This document shows, one piece after another, positions 1-9,666 of a DNA stretch of 64,000 bases (position 1 is the stretch's first letter; every line of letters begins with the position of its first letter). The stretch comes from a virus: positions 1,103-65,102 of the IMG/VR virus record IMGVR_UViG_3300029852_000171. One strand, written 5' to 3'. The position numbers were made by a program, and so were the translations under genes. Below the pieces are notes generated by a model. That model worked only from the letters and a program-made list of their open reading frames with translations, did no database searches and had not been told where the DNA came from.

Positions 1-2010
1 TTAGGTAACAAGCTGACTACGCTGGATGTCGGCAACAACACGGCGCTGGAAGCTCTACACTGCGATTCCAACGAGTTGACCGCACTGGATGTAAGCAAAA
101 ATTCTGTACTAAAGGAGCTGAGTTGCGCCAACAACAAACTGTCTTCGCTGGATCTCAGAAAAAATATGGAATTGGCTGTACTGGACTGCCACTATAACGG
201 GCTGACGGAACTGGATGTCAAAAGCAATACGAAGCTGACGAAATTGATCTGCTTCACCAACAGTCTGACCGCACTGGATGTAAGCAAAAATACGGAGCTT
301 ACAGAATTGTGGTGCTCCAATAATCGGCTAACTGCGCTGGATGTAAGCAGAAACACAAAACTGGCGAAGCTGAACTGCTCCGGTCCCGGCAACCTGCTGA
401 CCACACTGGATGTCAGTAAGAACCCGGCGTTGAAGGAGCTGCATTGCGGTTACAACCGGCTGACCTCGCTGGATGTCAGCAATAACACAGAGCTGGCCGT
501 TATGGACTGCCTGAATAATCGCTATGCCATTACTGCCGCGTCGGATCGCACCTTTGATCTGTCCAATCTTCCAGGAAACTTTGACGTGAGTAAAGCGAGC
601 AATTGGAACGGAGGTACGGTCAGCGGAAACACGCTGACCGTGAACAGCGGCGTCTCCATTGTCACATATAGCTATGACTGCGGCAACGAAAAATCTGCGA
701 TCTTTACTCTTAATGTGACGGTTACGCCAGCGCCTACGCCCACGCCCACGCCGTCGAATACTCCTACGCCAGGGGATACGGTCAGTATCCAAGTAACCAA
801 ATATGCTGACGGGCTTGATAAAACCAAATCATACACATTTGATTTCAGGTATTACCAGATTGAAGATCCGCAAAACCTCAAGCCTGTGGAGGGCGGAGTG
901 ACAGGGAATTTTTCCATTCCCGTCAGTTGGGACGATGAAGTAGATGGGCACTCTGGAATTTTAACATTGGAAGAGATACCCTGCAATAAATATATAGCTA
1001 TTGAGGAAATAAACCCCATTATACCGCAGGGGTACAGGCTGTACATGTATCCGGGAATTGCGAGAGTGCATACAACGCAGAATGAAAACTATGTTACTTT
1101 CAATAATTATTACGAAAAACGCGAAGATTGCGACATAGTTATATCCAAAGCGGTTACGGGCAATAGCGCAAACGCAAACGACGAGTTTGAGTTTGAGATA
1201 ACGTTTTATTTGCCATTGCCGAAGTTAATGCTGATGAATGCATCCGTAGAGCAGGTAAACGTCCCCCCCGCCATTGGCAACAAAAACCGGCGGATATACA
1301 TAACCCATGCGGACGGCAGCACCCACGAATTTGAAGATGAAGATTACGAGGCGTTCACGATTGGTGACGGAGAAAGAAAGGTAACTGCACGCTTCAAATT
1401 GAAGCATGGCGAACGCATCTATATCCTAAATATCGCGGACAGGAATAGACCTATAACGGTAAAAGAATTAGGTAACAACGGTTACGACAGCACTACGGTA
1501 AACGGGAAAAACAGCATGGAGTGGATGGTTGACGCGCCGTATACCGATACCGTAGAAGTGAAATTCATCAATACCAAAGGCGCAGTACAGCCCCCAGAGC
1601 CAGTCACGGGAAGTCTGACCGTAAAGAAGATGTGGAGCGATGGTAACGACAAGCACTCCAATGACAAAGTGACCGTTCAGCTTTACCGCAACGGTCAGCC
1701 GTACAGCTTTACCTTGTTTGGTCGCGTTGTGGACGACGGCAAGGCAGTACTCAGCGCGGAAAACCGCTGGCAGCATACATGGAGCGGCCTTGACCCGAAC
1801 TATACGTGGACGGTGGATGAGCTGTATCTCCCCGGCAATTGGATACGTACCATAGACTATTACGGCAATACCGTAACGATAACCAACACTGTGGCGAATT
1901 TTGCACCTCCGCAGACAGGCGACAGAAATAATGCCTCCTACCTTGGCGCGATGTTGGTACTCGCAGCCATAACCGTCGCAGTCATCACCACAGTGAAGAA
2001 AAGGGACTGA
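1..2010 (+). CDS. LRR-repeat cell-surface protein with Cna-B-like domain and sortase anchor (5' end outside window)
   Basis: Frame is open from base 1. ~21-aa LRRs (LxxLDVSKNxxLxxLxC), PT-rich linker, Cna-B-like segment (VKKMWSDG...VTVQLYRNG...WSGL), C-terminal PPQTG + hydrophobic helix + KKRD. Confidence 0.85.
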   Translation, partial: LGNKLTTLDVGNNTALEALHCDSNELTALDVSKNSVLKELSCANNKLSSLDLRKNMELAVLDCHYNGLTELDVKSNTKLTKLICFTNSLTALDVSKNTELTELWCSNNRLTALDVSRNTKLAKLNCSGPGNLLTTLDVSKNPALKELHCGYNRLTSLDVSNNTELAVMDCLNNRYAITAASDRTFDLSNLPGNFDVSKASNWNGGTVSGNTLTVNSGVSIVTYSYDCGNEKSAIFTLNVTVTPAPTPTPTPSNTPTPGDTVSIQVTKYADGLDKTKSYTFDFRYYQIEDPQNLKPVEGGVTGNFSIPVSWDDEVDGHSGILTLEEIPCNKYIAIEEINPIIPQGYRLYMYPGIARVHTTQNENYVTFNNYYEKREDCDIVISKAVTGNSANANDEFEFEITFYLPLPKLMLMNASVEQVNVPPAIGNKNRRIYITHADGSTHEFEDEDYEAFTIGDGERKVTARFKLKHGERIYILNIADRNRPITVKELGNNGYDSTTVNGKNSMEWMVDAPYTDTVEVKFINTKGAVQPPEPVTGSLTVKKMWSDGNDKHSNDKVTVQLYRNGQPYSFTLFGRVVDDGKAVLSAENRWQHTWSGLDPNYTWTVDELYLPGNWIRTIDYYGNTVTITNTVANFAPPQTGDRNNASYLGAMLVLAAITVAVITTVKKRD

Positions 2011-2035
2011 ATTAATTAGTCCCGCATAGATGCGT

Positions 2036-2072
2036 CAGCCCATCGACCACTTTGTCGATGGGCTGGCTTTTT
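2036..2072 (+). terminator. Intrinsic terminator
   Basis: CAGCCCATCGAC/GTCGATGGGCTG stem followed by a T-run, just after the LRR gene stop. Confidence 0.8.
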
Positions 2073-2094
2073 CGTATCAAGAGTTATCTCGATT

Positions 2095-2780
2095 TCAGGA
2101 CATGATATGTGGTCTACCCAAACTTTGCGATCTGCTGACGGCGGTCGTGGATGCCCACAAGATAGTAGCTGTCATTGTTCCGGAGCAGGGCATATGGGGA
2201 GACGGAATAGACTTTCCCCCGTTTCGCTGCACGCGCTCTTTGGAGGGGGAATAATCGAAGTAGCGGAAGGCGATTTTCCTTCGCTCTGCAATAACGGTCT
2301 GGATTCGGTCTACACTGACGTAGATGCTCTCGTTTACGGCTTTTGCGCGGCTGTCGATGTACAGATGCCGTTCCGGCAGCGCGGCGTCTCCGGGAGCGAT
2401 AAAGGTCGTCAGCCGTTTGACCAGCTCCTTGCTTTTTCCCAGCGTGATGAACCGTGCAGATTGCACCGCGTCGATGAGGAGCCTAACCTCCGGGGCTTCA
2501 AAGTGACGGGTCGCCACATGGTAGAGGTTCTGAGCCCCGCGGTAGAGGTTCTGAGCCCCGCGGTCTTTGACAATATCCACACCGAACTCCACAAGCTGTT
2601 CGATGTCGTTGCGGAGCGTGCGCGGGTCGGCGGTGATGCCGTGCTCCTTCAAATGGGCGGAGATATCCGCAAGAGAGACCGGGTGCGCTTCGTCCGTGGT
2701 TGCACAGAAGTATTTGAACAGGATAAGCGCGCGATTGATATGAGGCAAGCCTTTCTCCTTGTCTACCGCTTCCTCCTATG
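2095..2780 (-). pseudogene. WYL-domain (PafC/YafY-like) regulator pseudogene
   Basis: N-terminal HTH (DPRTLRNDIEQL) and WYL-like IAFRYFDY. A frameshift moves the SPYAL..NNDSYYLVG motif into another frame, which then stops. In-frame 21-bp duplication; no canonical start directly after the AGGAGG RBS. Confidence 0.75.
2520..2561. repeat. 21-bp perfect tandem duplication
   Basis: GGTAGAGGTTCTGAGCCCCGC x2 (RGAQNLY x2 in protein). Confidence 0.95.
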
Positions 2781-2860
2781 TTTGCCTTGATAAACCGCTG
2801 ACTCAAATTAGATTTGTCTCCCAAAGTATATGTTAACGATTATAATAATTTTTTAATCAA

Positions 2861-3238
2861 TCACTCAACAGATAAACTGACCTGCTGCTCAAGCAGTATG
2901 TCAATCATCTTAGATACAGCATTGAGCGTTGACGAATTGCATCTGGCGAGTTTTTTTGATATATCGCTATCGATGATTGTCTCAGCACGGGCATAAGGTG
3001 TATCAAGAAGAAAGTACTCGATGCTTTCTCCAAGCGCAAAGGCCAGTTTTAAGAGCATCGGAAGTGAAACCTTACATTGTGCTGTTTCTATATGACTTAG
3101 ATAATTATTAGAGCAATTTACTATTGCACTGAGCTCTGCCTGAGTCATGTTCTTTGATTGTCGAACGCTACGGATTCGTCTACCTATCTTGGCATAGTCT
3201 ACTTCCTTTGGTATCATCCCTGTCACCACCATTCGCAT
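2861..3238 (-). CDS. XRE/Cro-family HTH transcriptional regulator
   Basis: IGRRIRSVRQSKNMTQAELS...YLSHIETAQCKVSL HTH_3 signature. Confidence 0.9.
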   Translation of the reverse strand: MRMVVTGMIPKEVDYAKIGRRIRSVRQSKNMTQAELSAIVNCSNNYLSHIETAQCKVSLPMLLKLAFALGESIEYFLLDTPYARAETIIDSDISKKLARCNSSTLNAVSKMIDILLEQQVSLSVE

Positions 3239-3271
3239 TTATTTTATAGTATGAAAGCTTTTTCAAAAACA

Positions 3272-3315
3272 AACTACAATAGCATATTGCAGTTATAGTT
3301 GTAATAGTGTATAAT
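3272..3315 (+). promoter_or_regulatory. Sigma-A-type promoter with overlapping palindromic operator
   Basis: TTGCAG(3287)-17 nt-TATAAT(3310). Near-palindrome AACTACAAT-agcat-ATTGCAGTT (3272-3294) overlaps the -35. Confidence 0.55.
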
Positions 3316-3516
3316 AAAACTGCAAATTGCTACGCCAAATAAAAACTGGCAAGGCGGTTTCAGCGTTACGGTTGTTTCTAACGAGACCGTTTAAGCGAAT
3401 CATAACGTTTGAAGGAAGGAGAGTAAGGTAATAAATGCAAGAAAAATGCATAACCTCATATGTTAAGACAAGGGTACTTTTATGGAACTATCCACCCTCA
3501 TTCTCACGCTGTTCAA

Positions 3517-3569
3517 TAAGAAGGCGCGTTTCACTTGTGCATTTTTGCGGCTGGAACGTGCCTTCTTTT
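3517..3569 (+). terminator. Terminator-like hairpin in the leader of the peptide ABC operon
   Basis: AAGAAGGCGCGTTTCA...TGGAACGTGCCTTCTT followed by Ts. Confidence 0.5.
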
Positions 3570-3776
3570 GTTATTGGGTTTTAGTTTCCGCAATATGGAT
3601 AAATTCAAGCATATAGCGGATGTGGAAAATTGAGTTTTCCACTTAAAACATCAATGTTCCAGCTAAATCGGCTGAGCAAGCAGTGAATCAGGAAAAGGTG
3701 GCTTTACTACCGTCAAGACAAACAAGGCAAATGTCCCACGCCTATGAATGGATGACATAAATCAAGGGACAAATAT

Positions 3777-4736
3777 ATGATGACAGGAGATGATGTTTTG
3801 CGCTACATCGGTAAGAAGTTGCTACTGGGTATTGTATTGATAATCTGTGTTTCATTCCTTGTTTTCAGCATGATATTTATGATGCCCGGCGACCCGGTTA
3901 CTTTAATGGCTGGAGAACTGGCGAATCAGGACAAGATTGCCGAAACCGTAGAAAAATATGGGTTGAACAGACCGTTACTTGTCCAGTATTTTGATTGGTG
4001 GAAGAAAATTGTTACCAAACAGGATTTTGGCATATCGTTCAAATACAAGCTGCCGGTTTGGGATCTTGTTAAGGTGCGGATACCGGTAAGCTTAAAACTC
4101 ACAGCCATAACCATGGTTGTACAATATCTCATAGCTGTGCCGTTGGGATTGCTATGCGCCTACAAAAAAGATTCGATTTTTGATAAGATAACGGTTAATT
4201 TGACACTTATTATGACGGCTGTACCTTCGTTTTGGATAGCAGTGTTGCTTATGCTCTTGTTTGCGGTTAAACTTAAATGGCTTCCGCTTGGCGGTTTTGA
4301 ATCATGGGAGCATTATGTACTCCCGATCACGGCAGGTGTTCTTGGCGGGATTGCAAGTACGTTGCGTTTAACGAAATCAGAAGCTATAGATGCGCTTAAT
4401 GAGAAATATGTATCAACAGCATATGCAAAAGGTCTATCAAAACATGATGTTCTTATAAAACACGTTTTGCGAAATTCCATGATAATTATATGTGTACAGG
4501 TATCTCAGTCGTTGCCGTGGTTGCTTTCGGGATTCATAATACTCGAAAAGATATTCGTTATACCCGGCATGGGAGGACTTATGATAAGTTCCATAGTCTA
4601 TCAGGACTTCAATGTTGTACAGTGCATAATACTTATAATTTCTGTTCTGACGGTTATTTGCAACATAATAGCTGATATCGTGCTGGGCCTGCTTGATCCG
4701 CGGATCAGAATATCAACGGGTGGAGGTGACAAATAA
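3777..4736 (+). CDS. dppB: Dipeptide/oligopeptide ABC permease (DppB/OppB family)
   Basis: MPGDP N-terminal motif, GLNRPLLVQY, EAA-like loop AYAKGLS, multiple TM helices. Confidence 0.88.
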   Translation: MMTGDDVLRYIGKKLLLGIVLIICVSFLVFSMIFMMPGDPVTLMAGELANQDKIAETVEKYGLNRPLLVQYFDWWKKIVTKQDFGISFKYKLPVWDLVKVRIPVSLKLTAITMVVQYLIAVPLGLLCAYKKDSIFDKITVNLTLIMTAVPSFWIAVLLMLLFAVKLKWLPLGGFESWEHYVLPITAGVLGGIASTLRLTKSEAIDALNEKYVSTAYAKGLSKHDVLIKHVLRNSMIIICVQVSQSLPWLLSGFIILEKIFVIPGMGGLMISSIVYQDFNVVQCIILIISVLTVICNIIADIVLGLLDPRIRISTGGGDK

Positions 4737-5587
4737 TGGCCGCAAGTCCATGGAAGGAATTCTTTAGGAGCTGTTATAAAAATCTAAATTTCATGGTTGG
4801 CGCAATCATGCTGCTAAGCATAATCATCATAGCTGTTTTTGCTGACTATATTGCCCCGTTTGAATACGACGAAAACGATGTTTCCGCTGTTCTGCAGCCA
4901 CCAAGTGCTACACATATACTTGGCACCGATAAGTTAGGTCGTGATCTTTGGAGCCGTATAGTATACGGGACGCGTATAGCCTTCAAAGTAGCTGCAATAG
5001 GCGGAGCGATCCAGCTTTTCCTTGGAGTCGTTGTCGGACTTTTCTGCGGATACTATGGAGGTATAGTGGACAGGTCAATGCTCTTTTTTGCAGATTTGAC
5101 ATGGTGTGTCCCCGGGATGGTCATGGCACTGGCTGTTGTTACCATTCTTGGTTCGAATCTAACAAATGCTATAATCGCTATTGCTCTTGTTAACTGGGCA
5201 TCGATGGCGAGGACTGTTCGCGCTAAAACCATGAGCCTAAAGAACATGGCATTCATAGAAACAGGCATTGCGTTTGGAGAAAACAATCTCGCATTGATGT
5301 TTCGCTATATTTTACCAAACATTATTCCTGCGCTAATAGTCATGTTTTCAATGTCACTTCCGGGAACAATAATGTCCACGACAACACTATCTTTCCTTGG
5401 TGTAGGCTCTCAGCCTCCATCACCGGATTGGGGACTAATGGTTTCGGAAGGTATAACTTATATAACCCGCGCGCCGTGGTTAGCAATTTATCCTGGACTT
5501 GCATTGGTGTATACCGTTTTGAGTTTTTCTGTATTAGGCGAGGGACTTCGGGACTTACTAGATCCACGAACCAAGTCTCAGGGTTAA
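4736..5587 (+). CDS. dppC: Dipeptide/oligopeptide ABC permease (DppC/OppC family)
   Basis: HILGTDKLGRDLWSRIVYG, LSFLGVG..PPSPDWG, GEGLRDLLDPR. Confidence 0.9.
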   Translation: MAASPWKEFFRSCYKNLNFMVGAIMLLSIIIIAVFADYIAPFEYDENDVSAVLQPPSATHILGTDKLGRDLWSRIVYGTRIAFKVAAIGGAIQLFLGVVVGLFCGYYGGIVDRSMLFFADLTWCVPGMVMALAVVTILGSNLTNAIIAIALVNWASMARTVRAKTMSLKNMAFIETGIAFGENNLALMFRYILPNIIPALIVMFSMSLPGTIMSTTTLSFLGVGSQPPSPDWGLMVSEGITYITRAPWLAIYPGLALVYTVLSFSVLGEGLRDLLDPRTKSQG

Positions 5588-5597
5588 GGAGGAAATA

Positions 5598-6566
5598 ATG
5601 AACGAAGAACTATTGAGGCTTAACTCTGTTTCAATTGACTATAAAGTACGAGATGGATATTTAAGCGCCGTGAACAATGTATCGCTCACTATGAACAAGA
5701 GCGAAATATTCGCTATCGTTGGCGAATCTGGCTGCGGGAAATCAACAATTGCTCATTCTATAATGCGATTGTTGGGCAGCAATGCCAAGGTGACGGGCAA
5801 TATATTGTTTAACGGGGTTGATCTTATCGAACTTTCGGACAATGAAATAACCAAGGTGCGCGGACGCGAAATAGGCATGATATTTCAGAATCCGTTGGAC
5901 TCGCTGAACCCAGTATACACCACGGGCAGACAAGTCAACGAAGCTATAATGCTGGATGGGATAGACAGACTTACAGGATGGCAAAGAGTGCTGGAGCTTT
6001 ATCGTGATGTGAAAATGCCGGACGCTGAAAAGCGGGCCGAGGCATTCCCACATGAGATGAGCGGCGGTATGAGACAACGTGTCATGATAGCAATGATGAT
6101 CTCGCGTAAGCCACAGCTTTTAATAGCTGATGAACCGACTACGGCACTTGATGTGACGATAGAAGCGCAAATACTCGATATCATAAATGAGCTAAAAAAA
6201 GAATTCAATACTGCGATAATGCTCATTACCCATAACTTTGGTCTTGTTGCCGAAGTGGCAGACAAGGTAGCTATAATGTATGCGGGAGAAATAGTTGAAC
6301 AAGGTGACGTGTTTGAGATATTCGACAACCCGCTGCATCCGTATACCAAACTTCTCATGAAAGCTCTTCCACGCGTAACGAAACATCAGGCACGATTGCA
6401 AACGATAGATGGCACTGTACCAAGAATAACTGAGAAAAAGCAGGGGTGTCGCTTTTATAATCGATGTCCGTACGCAAAGGAGATATGTGAAAATACTAAA
6501 GCACCAACCACTTTTATCAGTCCAACGCATAGCTATAGTTGCCACTTCGTGGAGGAGGGAAAATAG
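5598..6566 (+). CDS. dppD: Peptide ABC ATPase (DppD/OppD)
   Basis: GESGCGKS, MSGGMRQR, ADEPTTALD, C-terminal Cys-rich oligo_HPY region. Confidence 0.92.
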   Translation: MNEELLRLNSVSIDYKVRDGYLSAVNNVSLTMNKSEIFAIVGESGCGKSTIAHSIMRLLGSNAKVTGNILFNGVDLIELSDNEITKVRGREIGMIFQNPLDSLNPVYTTGRQVNEAIMLDGIDRLTGWQRVLELYRDVKMPDAEKRAEAFPHEMSGGMRQRVMIAMMISRKPQLLIADEPTTALDVTIEAQILDIINELKKEFNTAIMLITHNFGLVAEVADKVAIMYAGEIVEQGDVFEIFDNPLHPYTKLLMKALPRVTKHQARLQTIDGTVPRITEKKQGCRFYNRCPYAKEICENTKAPTTFISPTHSYSCHFVEEGK

Positions 6567-7574
6567 ATGGAAAAAGCAACACCTGTAATACAGATAGACC
6601 ATCTGAACAAATTCTTTTCCGTGGACAATAACTTCTTCGCAAAAGGGAAACGCACGGTAAAGGCAGTCAACAATGTCACATTAACAATAAACAAAGGAGA
6701 GATAATGGGACTTGCCGGCGAGTCGGGCAGCGGAAAAACCACACTTGCCCGTGTTATCCTCAATCTTACCAAGCCTACTGGTGGAACGGTACTAATTAAC
6801 GATAGAGATCTCTCCAAGGTCTCCAATGCTGAAAAGAAGCACATACGCAAGGAAGTAGCTGTTGTTTTCCAAGATCCCGCTTCGAATCTTAACCCTAGGG
6901 ACACTGTTGAGGGGTCTATCATACGTCCTCTTATAATACATGGCATGTCTAGGACCGAGGCAAAGACAAAAGCTGTAGAAGCGCTAAATGCTGTTAAGAT
7001 GGACAAGAGATATCTTTACAGTTATCCTCATCAGCTTTCGGGAGGTCAACTCCAAAGGATAGCTATAGCGCGAGCATTGGCGGTCAACCCTCAGATAATG
7101 ATACTCGATGAACCCACATCGGCTCTTGATATTTCCGTTCAGGCGCAGATCCTGAACCTGCTGCTAGATCTTCAAGAGCGGCATTGGCTAACGTACCTTG
7201 TAATAACTCATGACCTGAATGTGCTGCGTTATATTAGTGACAGGATCACTATAATGTATCTAGGGAAGATTGTTGAGTGCGGACCTACAGATGTTATATG
7301 CTCCGATCCTATGCACCCATATACACAGGCGCTTATGGCTGCATCGCCCATACTGGATCCTCATCTGCGCAGCAGGGAAAAACGTATAATGAAAGGGGAG
7401 CCAGGCAGTCTCATAGACCTGCCAAAGGGCTGCAATTTTCATCCGCGCTGTCCATTTGCTACAACGCGCTGTGAAAACAGCGAACCCGATATGCGCTATG
7501 TGGCATCGGCTCACAGGGTGTGCTGCCACCTTGCGGACAATGTTGCAGAGGCATACGATCTTAACGCCAAATAA
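6567..7574 (+). CDS. dppF: Peptide ABC ATPase (DppF/OppF)
   Basis: GESGSGKT, LSGGQLQR, LDEPTSALD, HPYT...GCNFHPRCP. Confidence 0.92.
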   Translation: MEKATPVIQIDHLNKFFSVDNNFFAKGKRTVKAVNNVTLTINKGEIMGLAGESGSGKTTLARVILNLTKPTGGTVLINDRDLSKVSNAEKKHIRKEVAVVFQDPASNLNPRDTVEGSIIRPLIIHGMSRTEAKTKAVEALNAVKMDKRYLYSYPHQLSGGQLQRIAIARALAVNPQIMILDEPTSALDISVQAQILNLLLDLQERHWLTYLVITHDLNVLRYISDRITIMYLGKIVECGPTDVICSDPMHPYTQALMAASPILDPHLRSREKRIMKGEPGSLIDLPKGCNFHPRCPFATTRCENSEPDMRYVASAHRVCCHLADNVAEAYDLNAK

Positions 7575-7614
7575 GGCGATAAAGATAAAATAATATTTTA
7601 CAGGAGGAAACAAA

Positions 7615-9267
7615 ATGAAGCTCAAAATGTTAGCTATGCTCATCGTTCTTGCATTATTGATGAGTATTGCCACAGCGTGCGGAGAATCTGCTGTTGGCTC
7701 CAATGCAACAAATGACCCTTCCGCCAACAACGCCAACATGGCGACTGATGCCCCAGTAAATCCAGCAGGCCCGATAGAAGTCCCCGAGCAATTGGTTATC
7801 GTTGACAGCGAGTGGGATGGCGTGGATATGTATCAGTGCGACTCGTGGAACGATATGCAGTGCCTTTATGCTGACAGCATACTAAACAAGGCTGATGATG
7901 GCACAGCCTTGCCGGGCATTGCATCCAATTCCGTATGGAGCGATGATGGACTCACATGGACGCTTACATTCCCCGAAGGTATGTATTACTCTACCGGTGA
8001 ACAGCTTGAGCCCGAGGATGTTGTAGCCTCCATAGAGCATGGACTTGAGTGCAGCTCCTATGCGGATGGATATCAGTACATAGAGTCCATGGAAATTTCA
8101 GGGCGCGATGTTATATTCCATCTTTCCCAATTTCAGGCTGATATGGAGTTCAACTTTATGCAGTGCTTCGTCGGTGTTATCGATAAAGACGAACTGGACA
8201 GTATGACTAACGAAGAACTTCTGTGGGGGTGCCATCCCTATGGCCCATACTATGTTGAGGAATACTCCCCAGGAGCTTATGCTATTCTCAAGGCCAATCC
8301 TGGCTATTCCACTCATAACCCTCTCGTTGAAAACAAAGGGGCGTGTCTTGTGCAGACCGTTCGTGTTGTCATGGGCGGTGAGAACTTTACTTATTATACC
8401 GGCGTTTGCAGCGGTGAATATGATGTGCTCACTGACGCATATGCGGATTATCTTGAAGATCTCAAAGCCAATCCGGATATAACAACCGTGGTTGCTGCCG
8501 GCGCGACTGTAGCCTATGCAGAGTTTAACACCAAAAATGAATTCCTTTCAGACATAAATGTTCGCAAGGCGCTGATAAAGGCGTTCAACCGTAACAATAT
8601 CGATGCATATACCAGCGATGATTACTATTCCACATACTGCCTTATACAGAATAACTGCTTGAACTACGATGAGGAGGCAGTGAAGTATTACAAGGCCAAC
8701 TACGACTACGATGTAGAGGCGGCCAAAACTCTGCTTGCGGAAGCCGGTTGGACGGATACTGATGGAGACGGTTATGTCGACAAGGACGGTAAGAAGTTTT
8801 CTATAACGTTTTCCAGCCGTGATACCGCCACTCCGATAATCGCCGCTGAGTCATTCCGTGATGATCTAAAGGCCATAGGTGTTGAGTTGAATATAACAAC
8901 GCAGAATTGGTCTTATGTCAATCAGGATGTCCGCGATGGCAATTTCGACATAGCGTTCCTTAGCCTTGGTTGGTCTGAACCAATGCTGCTCATTGACAAT
9001 TTCTGTAACCGCAGCGAGGTCGCCGCCGAATGTACAAACCTTGATCGCGAAGGCTACTTGGCACTTGTCAATAGGGCGCGTACCACCGTTGATTATAATG
9101 AACGCACGAAGGTTATAACAGAGATTCAGAAGAAGCTTTTCGACTACTGCACCATAATGCCTCTCTATCAACCGCTTGGATATCGTTGCTGGAGAAGCGA
9201 GATCAAAGGGATCAAGTACACGATGACTGGCGGATTCTGGCTTAACGATGTCGGCTATCAAGGATAG
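7615..9267 (+). CDS. dppA: Peptide ABC substrate-binding lipoprotein (family 5)
   Basis: Signal peptide with lipobox ATAC, WSDDGLTWTLT, GPYYVEEY, VRKAL..AFNR. Confidence 0.85.
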   Translation: MKLKMLAMLIVLALLMSIATACGESAVGSNATNDPSANNANMATDAPVNPAGPIEVPEQLVIVDSEWDGVDMYQCDSWNDMQCLYADSILNKADDGTALPGIASNSVWSDDGLTWTLTFPEGMYYSTGEQLEPEDVVASIEHGLECSSYADGYQYIESMEISGRDVIFHLSQFQADMEFNFMQCFVGVIDKDELDSMTNEELLWGCHPYGPYYVEEYSPGAYAILKANPGYSTHNPLVENKGACLVQTVRVVMGGENFTYYTGVCSGEYDVLTDAYADYLEDLKANPDITTVVAAGATVAYAEFNTKNEFLSDINVRKALIKAFNRNNIDAYTSDDYYSTYCLIQNNCLNYDEEAVKYYKANYDYDVEAAKTLLAEAGWTDTDGDGYVDKDGKKFSITFSSRDTATPIIAAESFRDDLKAIGVELNITTQNWSYVNQDVRDGNFDIAFLSLGWSEPMLLIDNFCNRSEVAAECTNLDREGYLALVNRARTTVDYNERTKVITEIQKKLFDYCTIMPLYQPLGYRCWRSEIKGIKYTMTGGFWLNDVGYQG

Positions 9268-9614
9268 ACTGCTACTGAGATTTGTGCTGTGACTGATACG
9301 CTCCAACCTACGTGGGGTATCTGTGCCAGCGGCTATAGCAGCTACGGTCGTTATCACCGGTAAGAAAATAGGCCAAATTTGTCATTCCCGAACTAAGGCC
9401 AGTCCATTAATAGGAATGGTCGATAAGTTGGTTGCCTCTATGTAGCAGTCTATCACACATTCGCGTTTTTCATTAAGATAATGCGTTTTCTTCATGCTCC
9501 TAACATACGAAAAAACGCGTTTTTCAAGTATAATGGGCTTTACGGAAATGTAATAAAGATGAGACAACGGCAGAACCTTGATTTATCACATGAAGTGTTG
9601 TCTATTTTACTCTC

Positions 9615-9658
9615 TTGTTCTCCCCTGAATGACAATTAAAGCATTCAGGGGAGAACAA
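9615..9658. terminator. Long hairpin/terminator downstream of ABC exporter
   Basis: 17-bp perfect stem TTGTTCTCCCCTGAATG/CATTCAGGGGAGAACAA. Confidence 0.75.
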
Positions 9659-9666
9659 ATATCCTA

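Noticed and set aside
1..520. Periodic CTGGATGT repeats as a CRISPR array
   Set aside because: They are ~63-bp coding LRR units in one open frame; no cas genes.
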